DNA of 63,706 nt, filler included, from Octopus bimaculoides (Eukaryota): the NCBI RefSeq assembly GCF_001194135.2. It is 5 parts of 5 records of this genome, joined end to end, with 100 filler letters (N's around TTAATTAATTAA, not from the genome) between each part and the next. Parts side by side here need not be neighbours in the genome. Positions count along the whole stretch, not along the records: positions 1 to 9,949 come from NC_069010.1; positions 10,050 to 40,606 come from NC_068991.1; 3 more parts are not named here. One strand, 5' to 3'. Position numbers and translations under genes: made by a program. Within the stretch, counting starts at the first letter, position 1; every line of letters starts with the position of its first letter. Below are positions 1 through 11,195 of the stretch, piece after piece. Below the pieces are notes generated by a model. It was not told the origin of the DNA, ran no database searches, and saw nothing but the letters and a program-made list of their open reading frames with translations.

Positions 1-137
1 GTCAAATCCTGACTCTAAAACGACAATAAATGTCCACATAGCACGAGTAGCGAAGACGAAGACCGGTTTATTTGGTCTTCGTCTTCGCTACTCGTGCTAT
101 GTGGACATTTATTGTCGTTTTAGAGTCAGGATTTGAC
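1..137. repeat. Perfect 64-bp inverted repeat with a 9-nt loop
   Basis: 1-64 is the exact reverse complement of 74-137; loop ggtttattt. Confidence 0.95.
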
Positions 138-832
138 TGCTATTTTTCAGCGTGGTGGTATCTCTTAGATACCCTGTATTATAATTTTATATATATATAT
201 ATATATATTTGAAAAGATTTGTAAATGTACCACACAAGTAAGTAGATATTAAAGATAAATAAAAATATATGTACACATGCTAATATACGACCCATGTTAT
301 ATTCCCCATTCATGCTGCAACCACATCTGGGGCAAAACTAGTCGGTATACAGCACTTGCTCAGTATTACCTGTAACATTCGGGTTCGGTTGACCCCATTA
401 CCCTTCGTAACCTTTTTATATATATATATACATACATACATACATACATACATACATACACACACACATACATTGGTAGTGTGGAATGCGTGTGTGTGTG
501 TGTGTATATCGTTGCTATTATGCAAAGTGTCGTAAGTCCAAAACATTGCTTTTTCCAGAAAACGAAAAAGATAGTCTCACCATTCCATAGCAAAACCGTT
601 GTACTACAGTTTGACAATTTTTCATACCCTGCCATCTGAAGCATCCGAAGATAGGATAGTTTGTCCAAAAGAACCGACTATTGCAAGCAAAAGTAAATAT
701 CGAAAAAAAAAACATGTTTGGCCAAATTTGGACATACGACAGTTTAACATAATAGCAATGATATATATATATATATATATATTTCTCCATATCATCACTA
801 AATATTTAAACTCACATTCCATTCTGCTCTAG

Positions 833-936
833 GTATGGATGAACGCAGCCATCCAAAACTTCAACTCACTCGGCATAGCATTTGGTGGACTCATAACAAT
901 GTCCAGCTATAACAAGTACAACAACAACATAATTAA
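833..936 (+). CDS. SLC6: SLC6 transporter (inebriated-like) internal exon, TM6: [34 protein letters not shown](K)
   Basis: AG at 831-832 and GT at 937-938; 104 bp; translation matches the SLC6 TM6 ...SYN motif; phase 2 joins correctly to the next exon. Not in the ORF track. Confidence 0.95.
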
Positions 937-1260
937 GTAAATTATATTTTCTTTTCTTCTTTTTTTTTCTTTTTCTTTTTTGTGTTCATCTGAAGTCCTG
1001 TGTCTATTGTGGTTCGTCTGAGTTCATTGTTTCATTGTTGTTGTCTTGTGTGACTGTCGTAGTAAAATGTCATTGATAGATATATATGGCGGACATGATT
1101 CTTGTTTATTTACAACGAACATTGGGTGAGTGCGTTCTTTGTATGCAATTGAATAATAAATGTAATAATTAAATTGTACAACTCGTGTTATCTCTGCGAG
1201 TCTCCCGAGGGAAATACAACAATACCTCTTTTTGTTTTATTTTCATTTTCCGTTCTTACA

Positions 1261-1470
1261 CGGCTGTGTGGTAAAGAAGTTTACTTCCCAATCACATAAG
1301 TTCCAGGTTCAGACCCACTGCGTGGCTTCTTAGGCAAGTGTCTTTTACGCTAACCTTAGGTTGACCAAAGCCTTGTGAGTGGATTTGGTAGACAGAAACT
1401 GAAAGAAGCCTGTCCAGGAGTGGCTGTGTGGTAAGTAGCTTGCTTACCAACCACATGGTTCCGGGTTCAG
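1261..1470 (+). mobile_element. tRNA-derived SINE (family A), one copy plus a second head
   Basis: ggctgtgtggtaag A-box-like and ggttcag B-box-like head; body gaccaaagccttgtgagtggatttggtagac recurs at 1822, 10468, 23260, 49320 and 49640. Confidence 0.8.
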
Positions 1471-1489
1471 TATTATAATATACACACAT

Positions 1490-1787
1490 AGTGAGATCGT
1501 TGCCAGTGCCCCTGGACTGGCTCTTGTGCAGGTGGCACATAAAATACACCATTTTGAGCGTGGCCGTTGCCAGTACCGCCTGACTGGCCTTCGTACGGGT
1601 GACACGTAAAAGCACCCACTACACTCTCTGAGTGGTTGGCATTAGGAAGGGCATCCAGCTGTAGAAACTTTGCCAGATCAGATTGGAGCCTGCTGTAGCC
1701 ATCTGGTTTCACCAGTCCTCAGTCAAATCGTCCAACCCATGCTAGCATGGAAAGCGGACGTTAAATGATGATGATGATGATGATGAT

Positions 1788-1790
<3 letters not shown>
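1490..1790 (+). mobile_element. RTE-LINE-type 3' tail repeat ending in (ATG)n
   Basis: ttaggaagggcatccag..gtagaaac...ccaacccatgctagcatggaaagcggacgttaaa is shared with the tail after the RTE ORF at about 57500-57790. Confidence 0.7.
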
Positions 1791-1821
<31 letters not shown>

Positions 1822-1823
<2 letters not shown>

Positions 1824-1976
1824 ATGGGCTTCTTTCAGTTTCCGTCTACCAAATCCACTCACAAGGCTTTGGTCGGCCCGAGGCTATAGTAGAAGACACT
1901 TGCCCAAGTTGCCACGCAGTGGGACTGAAACCGGAACTATGTGGCTGGTAAGCAAGCTACTTACCACACAGCCACT
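1822..1976 (-). mobile_element. SINE family A
   Basis: Reverse complement of the 1261-1415 body, next to (AT)n. Confidence 0.8.
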
Positions 1977-2159
1977 TCTGTGCCTAATAATTAATAATTA
2001 ATGATAATAATGGTAACGAATGGCATTTATTATCTATTCTTCTGCTCTCTTCTACACTGCGTTCTTTGTGCTATGAATAGTGTGACGTGTGTGCATGTAT
2101 GTACATGTGTGTGTTGATAGGATGCGGAAAATATACACAAGGGATGATAACTGACATTG

Positions 2160-2815
2160 GGAACAGCTGTGGTGGTGGTGGTGGTGGGGTGATGCTGCTA
2201 ATTATTGTAGTAGGAGTGCTGGTGGTGGTGGTAGTTGCTGTAGTTATGGTGGTGGTGATAGTAGCTTTTGTAGTGGTAATAGTAGTACATGTTGTAGTGG
2301 TGTAGGTGGTGGTAGTAGCTGTAGTTACGCTGGTGGTGGTGGTGGTGGTGGTGGTAGCAGTTGTAGTTGTACTGGTGGTGGTAGTAATAGTAATGGTAGG
2401 AGTAGATGTAGTGGTGTTGGTGGCAGTGGTAGCTGTAGTTGTGGTGGTGGTGATAGTAGCAGATGTAGTTGTGGTGGTGTTGGTGGTTGTAATAGTGGTA
2501 GTAGTAGATGTGGTGGTAGCTGTAGTTGTGGTGGTGGTGGTGGTTGTAATAGTAGTGGTAGTAGTAACTGTAGTAGTGCTGGTGGTAGTAGTAGATGTAG
2601 TTGTGTTGGTAGCTGTTGTAGTTGTAGTGGTAGTAGTAGTAGTAGATGTAGTGGTGTTGGTGGCAGTGGTAACTAGTTGTAGTGGTGGTGGTGGTGGTTG
2701 TAGTTGTTGCAGTTGTGGTGGTTGTAGTTGTGGTGACTCTGCTGCTGGTTGTGATAGTAGTGGTGGTTGTAGTTGAAGTGGTAGTGGGGATGGCTGTGAT
2801 GGTGGTAGTGGCACG
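2160..2815. repeat. Degenerate (GTG/GTA/GTT)n trinucleotide low-complexity tract
   Basis: Gives poly-Thr, poly-Val and poly-His ORFs in several frames at once. Confidence 0.9.
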
Positions 2816-2923
2816 TTGCAGTGATGGGCATGGATAGCCCGATAAGAGGATCATGCAACAACTAGCTCCCTTCCCTCCACCTCACCCATACTCATTAGCC
2901 AAGCATGGTAACCATAGCAACAA

Positions 2924-2961
<38 letters not shown>

Positions 2962-3127
2962 TCAAGAACAAAAACACAAACAGTTATGGTCGTCAAGGTG
3001 ATTGGGTAGTGGTCAGCTAGATTTTGTTGGTGTTGTTTAGCCCTAGGTCAGACCTGATCCAGCTGTCCTGTGATTGCAGCCATGACCATAATGTACAAGG
3101 AACTCAAAACCACATTCTTTGCTGTTT

Positions 3128-3975
3128 TTAAGACAGTAGGGCGTGATTTGAGAATGATTTGGCTGCTATTTCTGCCAGGTCTAGCTACCATATACGAGTC
3201 TCCCTTAGCTCATACATACATAAGACAATAAGGTGTGATTTGAGGGAGATTTGGTCGCTATTTCTACCTGGTCTATCTACAATGTAGAGGCCACTCCTAT
3301 TGGCTCATATATATACATACATCAGACAGTAGGGTGTGATTTGAGAGAGATTTGGCTGCTATTTCTACCAGGCCTAGCTACCATGAAGATGTCCCCTTTT
3401 TAGCTCATACCTACATATATATGTAAGACAGCAGGGTGGGATCAGAGGGAGATTTAACTGCTATTTCTGCCAGGTCTAGCTATCATGTTGTGGTCTCCTT
3501 CATTGGTTCATACATACATAAGACAGTAGGTGTGATTTCAGAGATTTGGCTGCTATTTCTACCAGGTCTAGCTGCTATTTAGAGACTTCCCTCACTGGTT
3601 CATACATACATAAGACAGTAGGTNNNNNNNNNNTACATACATAAGACAGTAGGTGTGATTTCAGAGATTTGGCTGCTATTTCTACCAGGTCTAGCTGCTA
3701 TTTAGAGACTTCCCTCACTGGTTCATACATACATAAGACAGTAGGTGTGATTTGAGAGATTTGGCTGCTATTTCTACCAGGTCTAGCTACCCTCATTAGC
3801 TAATACATACATATACACATACATAGGACTGTACGGTGTGATTCGAAGGAGATTTGACTGCTGTTTCTCCCAGGTCTGGCTACCAAGTAGAGATCTCCCT
3901 CGTTGGTCCGTATATACATACATCAGACGGTAGGGTGTTGTTTGAGGGAGATTTGGCCATCACTTCTAGCAGGTC
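3128..3975. repeat. Minisatellite, about 9-10 units of about 95-105 bp
   Basis: Unit agacagtaggtgtgatttgagagatttggctgctatttctaccaggtctagctac...catacata repeats at about 3130, 3221, 3323, 3426, 3521, 3642, 3736, 3826 and 3924. Confidence 0.9.
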
Positions 3976-4139
3976 ATGTTGCAACATATAGGTGTGGTGT
4001 TTGTTTTCTTTGATCTCAAAAGCAGCACTCAATAGCCCTGACTGAGATCAAAGTGGAATATCTGGTCTTTTCAGCTTCATATCAAATAAGGATCCTGTTT
4101 CAGATCCATTGATATTTAATTGATTTTTTTTAATGAGTT

Positions 4140-5340
4140 ATGATGAAGGCAACAAGGTGGAAGAATGGTTTGCATATCACTTCACAGAGTGTATTGGGTG
4201 CTTTTTTACATTGCACCAGCGACATCATCATCATAGCCGTCATCGTCATCACCAGTTAGCATGTTTCCATGCTTTATTTCTACAGCTGGGTGCCCTTCCT
4301 AACACACAATACAGTGTGGTGGTTGGCACTCCGTCGCTTACGACGTCGAAGGTTTCCAGTTGATCCGATCAATGGAACAGCCTGCTCGTGAAATTAACGT
4401 GCAAGTGGCTGAGCACTCCACAGACACGTGTACCCTTAACGTAGTTCTCGGGGGATATTCAGCATGACACAGAGTGTGACAAGGCTGACCCTTTGAATTA
4501 CAGGCACAACAGAAACAGGAAGAAAGAGCGAGAGAAAGTTGTGGTGGAAGAGTACAGCAGGGTTCGCCACCATCCCCTGCCGGAGCTTCGTGGAGCTTTA
4601 GGTGTTTTCGCTCAATAAACACTCACAACGCCCGGTCTGGGAATCAAAACTGCGATCCTATAACCGCAAGTCCGCTGCCCTAACTACTGGGCCGCTGCGC
4701 CTCCACTATACAGTGTACTGGGTCCTTTTTACATGGTACCATCACCTGTTCTTTTTACTTGGTACCAGCACGGGGGTCTCCTTGCGTGGCACCAGCACGG
4801 GAGCTCCTTGTGCGGATACATGCCAGTTTTGGCAAGGTTTCTACAGCTGGATGCCCTTCCTAACACCAACCATTATACAGAGTGTACTGGGTCCTTTTTA
4901 CATGGCACTAGCACCAGTGCTTCTTACATAACACAAGCATGGGTGCTTTTTTACATTGTACCAGCAACATCATCATCATCATAGTCGTCATCGTCATCAC
5001 CAGTTAACATGTTTCCATGCTTTATTTCTACAGCTGGGTGCCCTTCCTAATGCCAACCACTTTACAGAGTGGTTCAGGTGCTTTTTTACATTATACCAGA
5101 ACCAGCAAAGTCATTGTCATCAGCATCATCATCATTTAACATCTGTTTTTTTATGCTGGCATGTATCAGATAGATGGCTTGACAAGGGCTGGCAAGGCAA
5201 GAGGCCACGCCAAGTTCCATAATCTGTTTCGGTTTGGTTTCTACAGCAGGATGCCCCTCCTAATGCCAACCACTTTACAGAGTGTACTGGGTGCTTCTTA
5301 CGTAACACCAGTGCGTTTTATGTGGCACCAGCACTGACTG
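4140..5340 (-). repeat. Tandem partial copies of the RTE-type 3' tail
   Basis: tttctacagctgg.tgcccttcctaa...cagagtgtactgggt recurs at about 4270, 4840, 5020 and 5240, separated by (CAT)n. Confidence 0.65.
4329..4705 (-). mobile_element. tRNA-derived SINE (family D), near full length
   Basis: Minus-strand head gtggaggcgcagcggcccagtagttagggcagcggac...gtttgattcccagacc; homologous copies at 11196-11490 and 26630-26845. Confidence 0.8.
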
Positions 5341-5416
5341 GGTCACCAAGTACCTTGGGAGAAGGGGGAAGTATTGGAGGGGCTGTGACTTTGTACCAGT
5401 CGAGAGATTAAAGGTA

Positions 5417-5474
<58 letters not shown>

Positions 5475-5475
<1 letters not shown>

Positions 5476-5678
5476 TTGTGTGTCTGTGTTTGTCCCCCCA
5501 TCATCGCCTGACAACCGATGCTGGTGTGTTTACGTCCCCATAACTTAGCCGTTCTGCAAAAAGAGACCGATAGAATAAGTACTAGGCTTACAAAGTATAA
5601 GTCCTGGGGTCGATTTGCTCGACTAAAGGCGGTGCTCCAGCATGGCCGTAGTCAAATGACTGAAACAAGTAAAAGAGT
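5475..5678 (-). mobile_element. SINE-like repeat (family C)
   Basis: tttcagtcatttgact.cggccatgctggagcaccgcc...gaccccaggactta... recurs about 10 times (7760, 10300, 23440, 29110, 39145, 48915, 49150, 49720, 61030). Confidence 0.8.
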
Positions 5679-6064
5679 ATATATGAGTTAGCTGAGAAAT
5701 ATCTGGAGTTGAATTGGAAAGAGAATGTCCTTGTTATTTTGAATCTGCGTGTGGTGAATTTTTGGTGGTTTGGTTAGAAGAAGTATGTTGAATAAAATAA
5801 TTAACTGATCCTCTAGTATTTTCTTTTACCCAGAGCCAGGAACTTTTCAGCACCCCTTCGTATATGGCAAGGGATGAATTCATGTCATTTAGGGATTGTT
5901 ACTGGCAATAATAATCTGGTAAAAAAAAGATGTGACCCTCTAGTCCCTATCTGTGAAATAAACTCACACACACTCGTGTTCCTGGTCTTTCTTAATCTAT
6001 ACCTTTTTGTTTGGTTTTTGTTATCTACAAACCAGTTTCTGAAGTATTCGTCTTTTCATTACAG

Positions 6065-6189
6065 GGATGTCGTTTGTCTCGCACTAATAGATGCTTTCAC
6101 GTGCATCATGGCCGGCTTTGCGATATTCTCCATCTTAGGTGCGTTAGCTATGTCCCAGGGCAAAACGGTGGAAGAAGTTGTGACTGAAG
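6065..6189 (+). CDS. SLC6: SLC6 exon, TM7: DVVCLALIDAFTCIMAGFAIFSILGALAMSQGKTVEEVVTE(G)
   Basis: cag acceptor ending at 6064, gtaag donor at 6190; 125 bp; AGFAIFSILG motif; frame continuous with both flanking exons. Confidence 0.95.
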
Positions 6190-6529
6190 GTAAGTCTTGC
6201 TTCACTCTTAATCTCGTAAGCAATGCAGAATTTGCACAGAACTGCATGGGTCAGCCAGTCCTAAAAACACATGATATCAAAAGAACTATACTAACCTCGA
6301 GCACATTAATTTCTGAGTTCCAGTAAGACACTGCCCACCACTAGTCAAAACTGCTTTGGTCAACCAGCCCTAAAACACAATATCACAAGAGTTGTACTAA
6401 CCTTGCTTACATTCATTTTGAAGGAACGAGGATCTTTCTAGTGCAGGCCTCTCTAACCAGTATCAGGCCAAGGTCATTTGGTTCCAGGCCATATAGAAGA
6501 AATTTAAAAAAACTTATTTCTATTCTATT

Positions 6530-6960
6530 AACCCTTACCATCTGCACAATGTTTCTACATTTTAAATGAGCCTGCAGACATATTCATAATGTATTTTACT
6601 GCAAAATGGCACATTTCCATGTAAATTTCACATCTTAAATGAATCTGCACAATGTTCACAATAATGTAGATTCCATTCAAAATTCCACATTTCCATGTAA
6701 ATTTCACATCTTAAATGAATCTGCACACATTCCATAATAATGTGGTTTCCTCCAAAATGTCACATCTTCAGTGAATCTGCACACATTTCATAATAATGTA
6801 GCTTTCAGCAAAATGTCACATTTGACATCTTGATTGAATCTGCACACATTTCATAATAATGCGGTTTTCTCCAAAATGTCACATTTCTATGTAAATTCCA
6901 CATCTTAAATTAATCTACGCACATTTCATGGTTATGCAGTTTCCAACAGACTACACATTT
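6530..6960. repeat. Intronic minisatellite, about 60-75-bp unit
   Basis: acatcttaaatgaatctgcacacatttcataataatg...caaaatgtcacattt repeated about 6-7 times. Confidence 0.85.
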
Positions 6961-7043
6961 CACACAACCAATATCAAACTGACTATCTTCCCACTCACAT
7001 TTCATGCCTATATTTACTGTGGACTTTTATTTTCCATTCACAG

Positions 7044-7156
7044 GGCCTGGTCTCGTGTTTATCATTTATCCGCAAGCTTTCTCTGAAATGCCAGTGGCAC
7101 AGCTGTTTGCGTTCTTGTTTTTCCTCATGCTCATCTGCCTTGGGATCGACAGCCAG
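7044..7156 (+). CDS. SLC6: SLC6 exon, EL4-TM8: [38 protein letters not shown]
   Basis: cag acceptor 7041-7043, gt donor at 7157; 113 bp; GPGL.F..YP and LGIDSQ (Na2 site) motifs. Confidence 0.96.
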
Positions 7157-7294
7157 GTAGGGATTAGGGGATCGCTTATGGATCCACCGTTAGGAAAATG
7201 TTTTCGGGGCCACTGATGGGCGCTCTTTTTACAGGGGTCCGTCCAGTTGCCGTTTAATTCCTCCTTTCTATCTGCCTGTCTGTCTATCCTACAG

Positions 7295-7435
7295 TTCGCT
7301 GGTGTCGAGGTGGTCGTCACGGCCCTACAAGATCATTTTGCCCCCCAAATCAAGAAATATCTGAAAAGGAAGGAACTTCTCGTCCTCCTCGTTTGTTTGG
7401 TTTCCTTTCTTGGTGGACTTCCAAATGTCACTCAG
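7295..7435 (+). CDS. SLC6: SLC6 exon, TM8-TM9: FAGVEVVVTALQDHFAPQIKKYLKRKELLVLLVCLVSFLGGLPNVTQ
   Basis: acag acceptor ending at 7294, gtgag donor at 7436; 141 bp, phase 0 at both ends. Confidence 0.95.
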
Positions 7436-7914
7436 GTGAGTGTGGATGTCACTTTTATAGCACCTATGTCTCTTCATCATCATCATCACCATTCTTGTCG
7501 TTTAACCCTTTTGTTACCACTTCTGATGAAGTATTCTTCAATTCTTTTACATGTTTCAGCCCTAAGATTGTGGCCCTGCTGGAGCGCCACCAAAGTAATC
7601 ATTCTTTCAATGGCCAATCTTACGAGATTGGCTTTTTTGTGAAGGAGGGAGTTCAACACTACTGCCCTCTTTTGGAAACTTCTGCATTGATATTGGTTCA
7701 TCTGGGACCTTGGATAGGAGTTGAAATTTTTTCTTGAAAGCATCTACCCATACTCCATGAAGATCTTAACTTAGCAGTTCGGCAAAATAGACTGATAAAG
7801 TACAAGGCTTAAAATAAAATAAGTCCTGTGGTCGATTTGTTTGACTAGCCCCAGCATGGCCACAGTCAAATGACTGAAACAAGTTAAGCACAAAAGATAT
7901 TTCTGCCATTAGAC

Positions 7915-8127
7915 TGTGAGCTGGCAGAATGGTTAGCATGCCAGACAAAACACCTATCGGCATTTCGTCCATTTTTACGTTCTGAGTTCAAATTCTGCCT
8001 AGGTTGACTTTACCTTTTATCCTTTCGGGTTTGATAAAGTAAGTTCTTGTTGGACACTGGGGCCGATTTAATCGACTAATCCCTTTCCTTTAAATTTCAG
8101 GCCCTGTGCCTATAGTAGACAGGATTA
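7915..8127 (+). mobile_element. tRNA-derived SINE (family B) with a Deu/Nin-like core
   Basis: gagctggcagaatggttagc head, gagttcaaattc B box, gactttaccttttatcctttcggg..gataaagtaag core; copies at 9040, 11685, 17445, 24610, 24950 and 29990. Confidence 0.75.
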
Positions 8128-8350
8128 TTAACCCCTCGGCATTCAGATTACTCCATCAAATGTAATCCTTATTCACTCCTATTGTTTTGAATTAATCGTG
8201 GATTATCTCCATAGCTTTGAGATTTCAGTGATGAGATTGTTTATTTTTAGAACGACATTGTAGGGTAGGTGTGAGAGGCTGGATCTGGCCAGTTTGAACA
8301 TTAAACAGGGGAAATTTTTGAGCTGGATATATCTGATTTAAATTCTAGCA
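8128..8350 (+). mobile_element. TTAA-type (piggyBac-like) MITE
   Basis: Begins ttaaccc; same body as 30436-30650 in the opposite orientation; partial copy at 8461. Confidence 0.6.
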
Positions 8351-8737
8351 GAACATATCTATGTATGAACGAACAAGGGAGACCGCTACATGGTGGCCAG
8401 CCCTGTTAGAAATAGCAGCCAAATCTCTCTCTCAAACCAGATCTTTTGTCTTATCTATGTTTAACCCTTTAGCATCCAGATTACTCTGTCAAATGTAGTG
8501 TTTGTTTATTCACATTGTTTTGAATAAACCCTTCCTTTATTTTCAAAAGTTCACATCAATTTATGTTCCAGAGTAGGAGGAGAAGGTTGCCATCTGGGAG
8601 TGTCAGTGGTTTGTAAGGACCAGTACTTGTAACAACTGTGAGGTTTTTCTGCAGAGGCCTTTATAATACTTTCTTAATAACTGACCTCTTGATGTGATGT
8701 TGTGGATTTCAGCACTGTTCTTGTTATATCTTTGCAG

Positions 8738-8837
8738 GGTGGCATTTACTTCTTCCAGTTAATCGACAGGTATGCCGCCGGGGTGTCTGTCATGTACCTG
8801 GCGTTCTTCGAAGTTATTGCCGTCACCTGGTTCTATG
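8738..8837 (+). CDS. SLC6: SLC6 exon, TM10: [33 protein letters not shown](G)
   Basis: tttgcag acceptor ending at 8737, gtaag donor at 8838; 100 bp; GG.Y.FQL.D.Y motif. The later TM11-12 exons were not found in the window. Confidence 0.95.
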
Positions 8838-9039
8838 GTAAGACACTCACACACAATCTGTCAGCCTGTTTGCTAATTGTTTACCCCACAAGGTATCGTG
8901 TCCAAGAATGTGAATGGAAGAGACAAAATAATCAGGTAGGATGACACTAACGAGGTTACCCAACATAATAACGATTCTACCAGCTTGCTGCCTTCATGAT
9001 GATGATGATGATGATGATGATGGTCGTGGTGGTGGTGGT

Positions 9040-9240
9040 GGTTTTTAAATTTTACCACAAGGGCAGCAATTTTTTGGGGGAAAGGGATGAGTTGATTACA
9101 GTGACCCCCAGTACACAACTGGTACTTAATTTATCGACCCAGAAAGGATGAAAGGCAAAAATCAACCTTGGCGGAATTTGAACTCAGGATGTAGCGACAG
9201 ACGAAGTAGCACTAAGAATTTTGCCCAGCTCACTACCTTG
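9040..9240 (-). mobile_element. SINE family B
   Basis: Reverse complement of the 7915 type (cgacccagaaaggatgaaaggcaaa...gaatttgaactc). Confidence 0.75.
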
Positions 9241-9443
9241 ATGATAATAATAATAATAATAATAATCATCATCACAATCCTTTCTGCTGTAGGCATGAGG
9301 CCTGAAATTTTTGGAAAAGGTGACTAGTCGCTTACATCAACCCCCAGTGTTTCACTGGTACTTAATTTATTGACCCCGCAATAACAGTAGAATAATGTAG
9401 TAGTTAGAAACATGATAGTGGGGTGAGGGCATGGTGGAGAAGT

Positions 9444-9757
9444 TTTGGACAGGGACAAATTGGGTGAGGACTGACCCAGTTCTGTGATTGTACAGCTATT
9501 AAATACATTAACTAGGGGAGGCAACTCTTGATTATTTCTCTTGAACATCATCGTTTAACTGATGATGATGATGTTCAAGAGAAATAATCAAGAGTTGCCT
9601 CCCCTAGTTGAGATAGTATTAACATATTTAATGGCTGTACAGTCACAGAACTGGGTCAGTCCTCACCTAATTTGTCCCTGTCCAAATTGAGACAAATTGG
9701 GTGAGGACTGACCCAGGTCTGTGATTGTACAGCCATTAAATATATTAATACTATCTC
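9444..9757. repeat. Triple alternating inverted repeat (about 110-bp arms)
   Basis: 9444-9552 pairs with 9567-9686 across a 14-nt spacer; a third partial copy at 9691-9757 is inverted again. Confidence 0.9.
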
Positions 9758-9858
9758 ATGGATAACATTGTTTCAGTCATCACTTTGCGGCCATGCTGAA
9801 GCACTGCCTTGAAAAATTTTTAGTCAAACGATTCGACCTGTGTATTTGTTTTGTTTTG

Positions 9859-9889
<31 letters not shown>

Positions 9890-9949
9890 TGTTTGTTTGT
9901 TGGGGTTTTTTTTAAAGCCTGATACTTTATCAGTTTTTTTTTTTTTTTT

Positions 9950-10049
9950 NNNNNNNNNNNNNNNNNNNNNNNNNNNNNNNNNNNNNNNNNNNNTTAATTA
10001 ATTAANNNNNNNNNNNNNNNNNNNNNNNNNNNNNNNNNNNNNNNNNNNN
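9950..10049. other. Artificial scaffold linker 44N-TTAATTAATTAA-44N
   Basis: The identical 100-bp structure occurs at 40607, 58202 and 60929; the 12-mer places stop codons in all six frames. Confidence 0.9.
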
Positions 10050-10111
<62 letters not shown>

Positions 10112-11195
10112 TATATATGTATATACATATGTTTATATAAATCAATATATGTATGTGTGTTCCCCCTATATATATATATATATACACATACATATGTGAT
10201 ATAAGTATGGGTATGGTATAAATTTCTAGATCACAGACATGCGCGTACGCGCACACACACATATGTATGTATACATATATACGTAAATATATACACATTA
10301 CTTATTCTATCGGTTTCTTTTGCCGAACTGCTAGGTTACGAGGGCATAAACACACCAATATCGGTTGTCAAGCGATGGTTGGAGGACAAACACAGATACA
10401 CAAACATATACACACACACACACGTGCGTGGGCGCGCGCACACACACGCACACACAATATGTATATACGACGGGCTTCTCTAAGTTTCCGTCTACGAAAT
10501 CCACTCACAAAGCTTTGGTCCACCCGAGAATATAGTAGAAGACATTTACCTAAGGTGCCACGCAGTGGGACTGACCCCGGAATCATGTGTTTGGTAAGGA
10601 AGCTACTTACCAAACAATTACGTGTATGTGTTTATATAGCAAGTAAAAGACAGAGACTGTAGGGTAAGAGACATAGGGACACATACAGTCACACACATAC
10701 ACACACATGTCCATATACCGTATGAATATCCAGATATACAACCATGAAACTCTATGTTCAATTTCACATTCAACCCCCTCCCTTTCAGCTTTTATCAGTT
10801 TAATCCCACTGTCAGTATAAGGGTGGGGGTGGCATGTATCAATGAAAATAAAAGATAATTTGAGAGAGGGTGAGGTAAAACAGAAGGGAACAAGAATGAA
10901 AGCTAATCCGCCCTTTCTTTTTTCTTCTTTTTCCTTGTCTCCCTTTGCATGTGTTCACACGTTTACACTTTCTGATTCTCGGGGTTAAACCAATAAAGGA
11001 AGAATTCCAAATGAAGTAAAATAGCTCCATAACAACAGAGTACAACCAAAGCGCAACTAGGTCGCAACCATGTAACAAATTTCTCCTCTCCCACATCTTA
11101 TACTACAACTCAGTCGTAGAAGAATAAATGCGGTTTAACAAACAAATATTCTTTCTGAAAAAAAAAAACAAAAAAAAAACGAAAAACTGCTCCCC

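Noticed and set aside
2071-2854. 247-aa Thr-rich mucin-like ORF and overlapping His/Tyr-rich and Val-rich ORFs
   Set aside because: Trinucleotide low complexity is open in many frames, there is no splice or domain evidence, and it lies inside an SLC6 intron.
3128-3975. CRISPR-like repeat-spacer appearance
   Set aside because: The whole unit repeats, there are no unique spacers, the context is eukaryotic, and there are no cas genes.
4640-4705. tRNA-like sequences here and in other SINE heads
   Set aside because: They continue into multi-copy SINE bodies and lack a complete cloverleaf, so they are not tRNA genes.
9994-10005. TTAATTAATTAA as a conserved motif or PacI-like site
   Set aside because: It is always centred in exactly 44+44 N, so it is an assembly linker.
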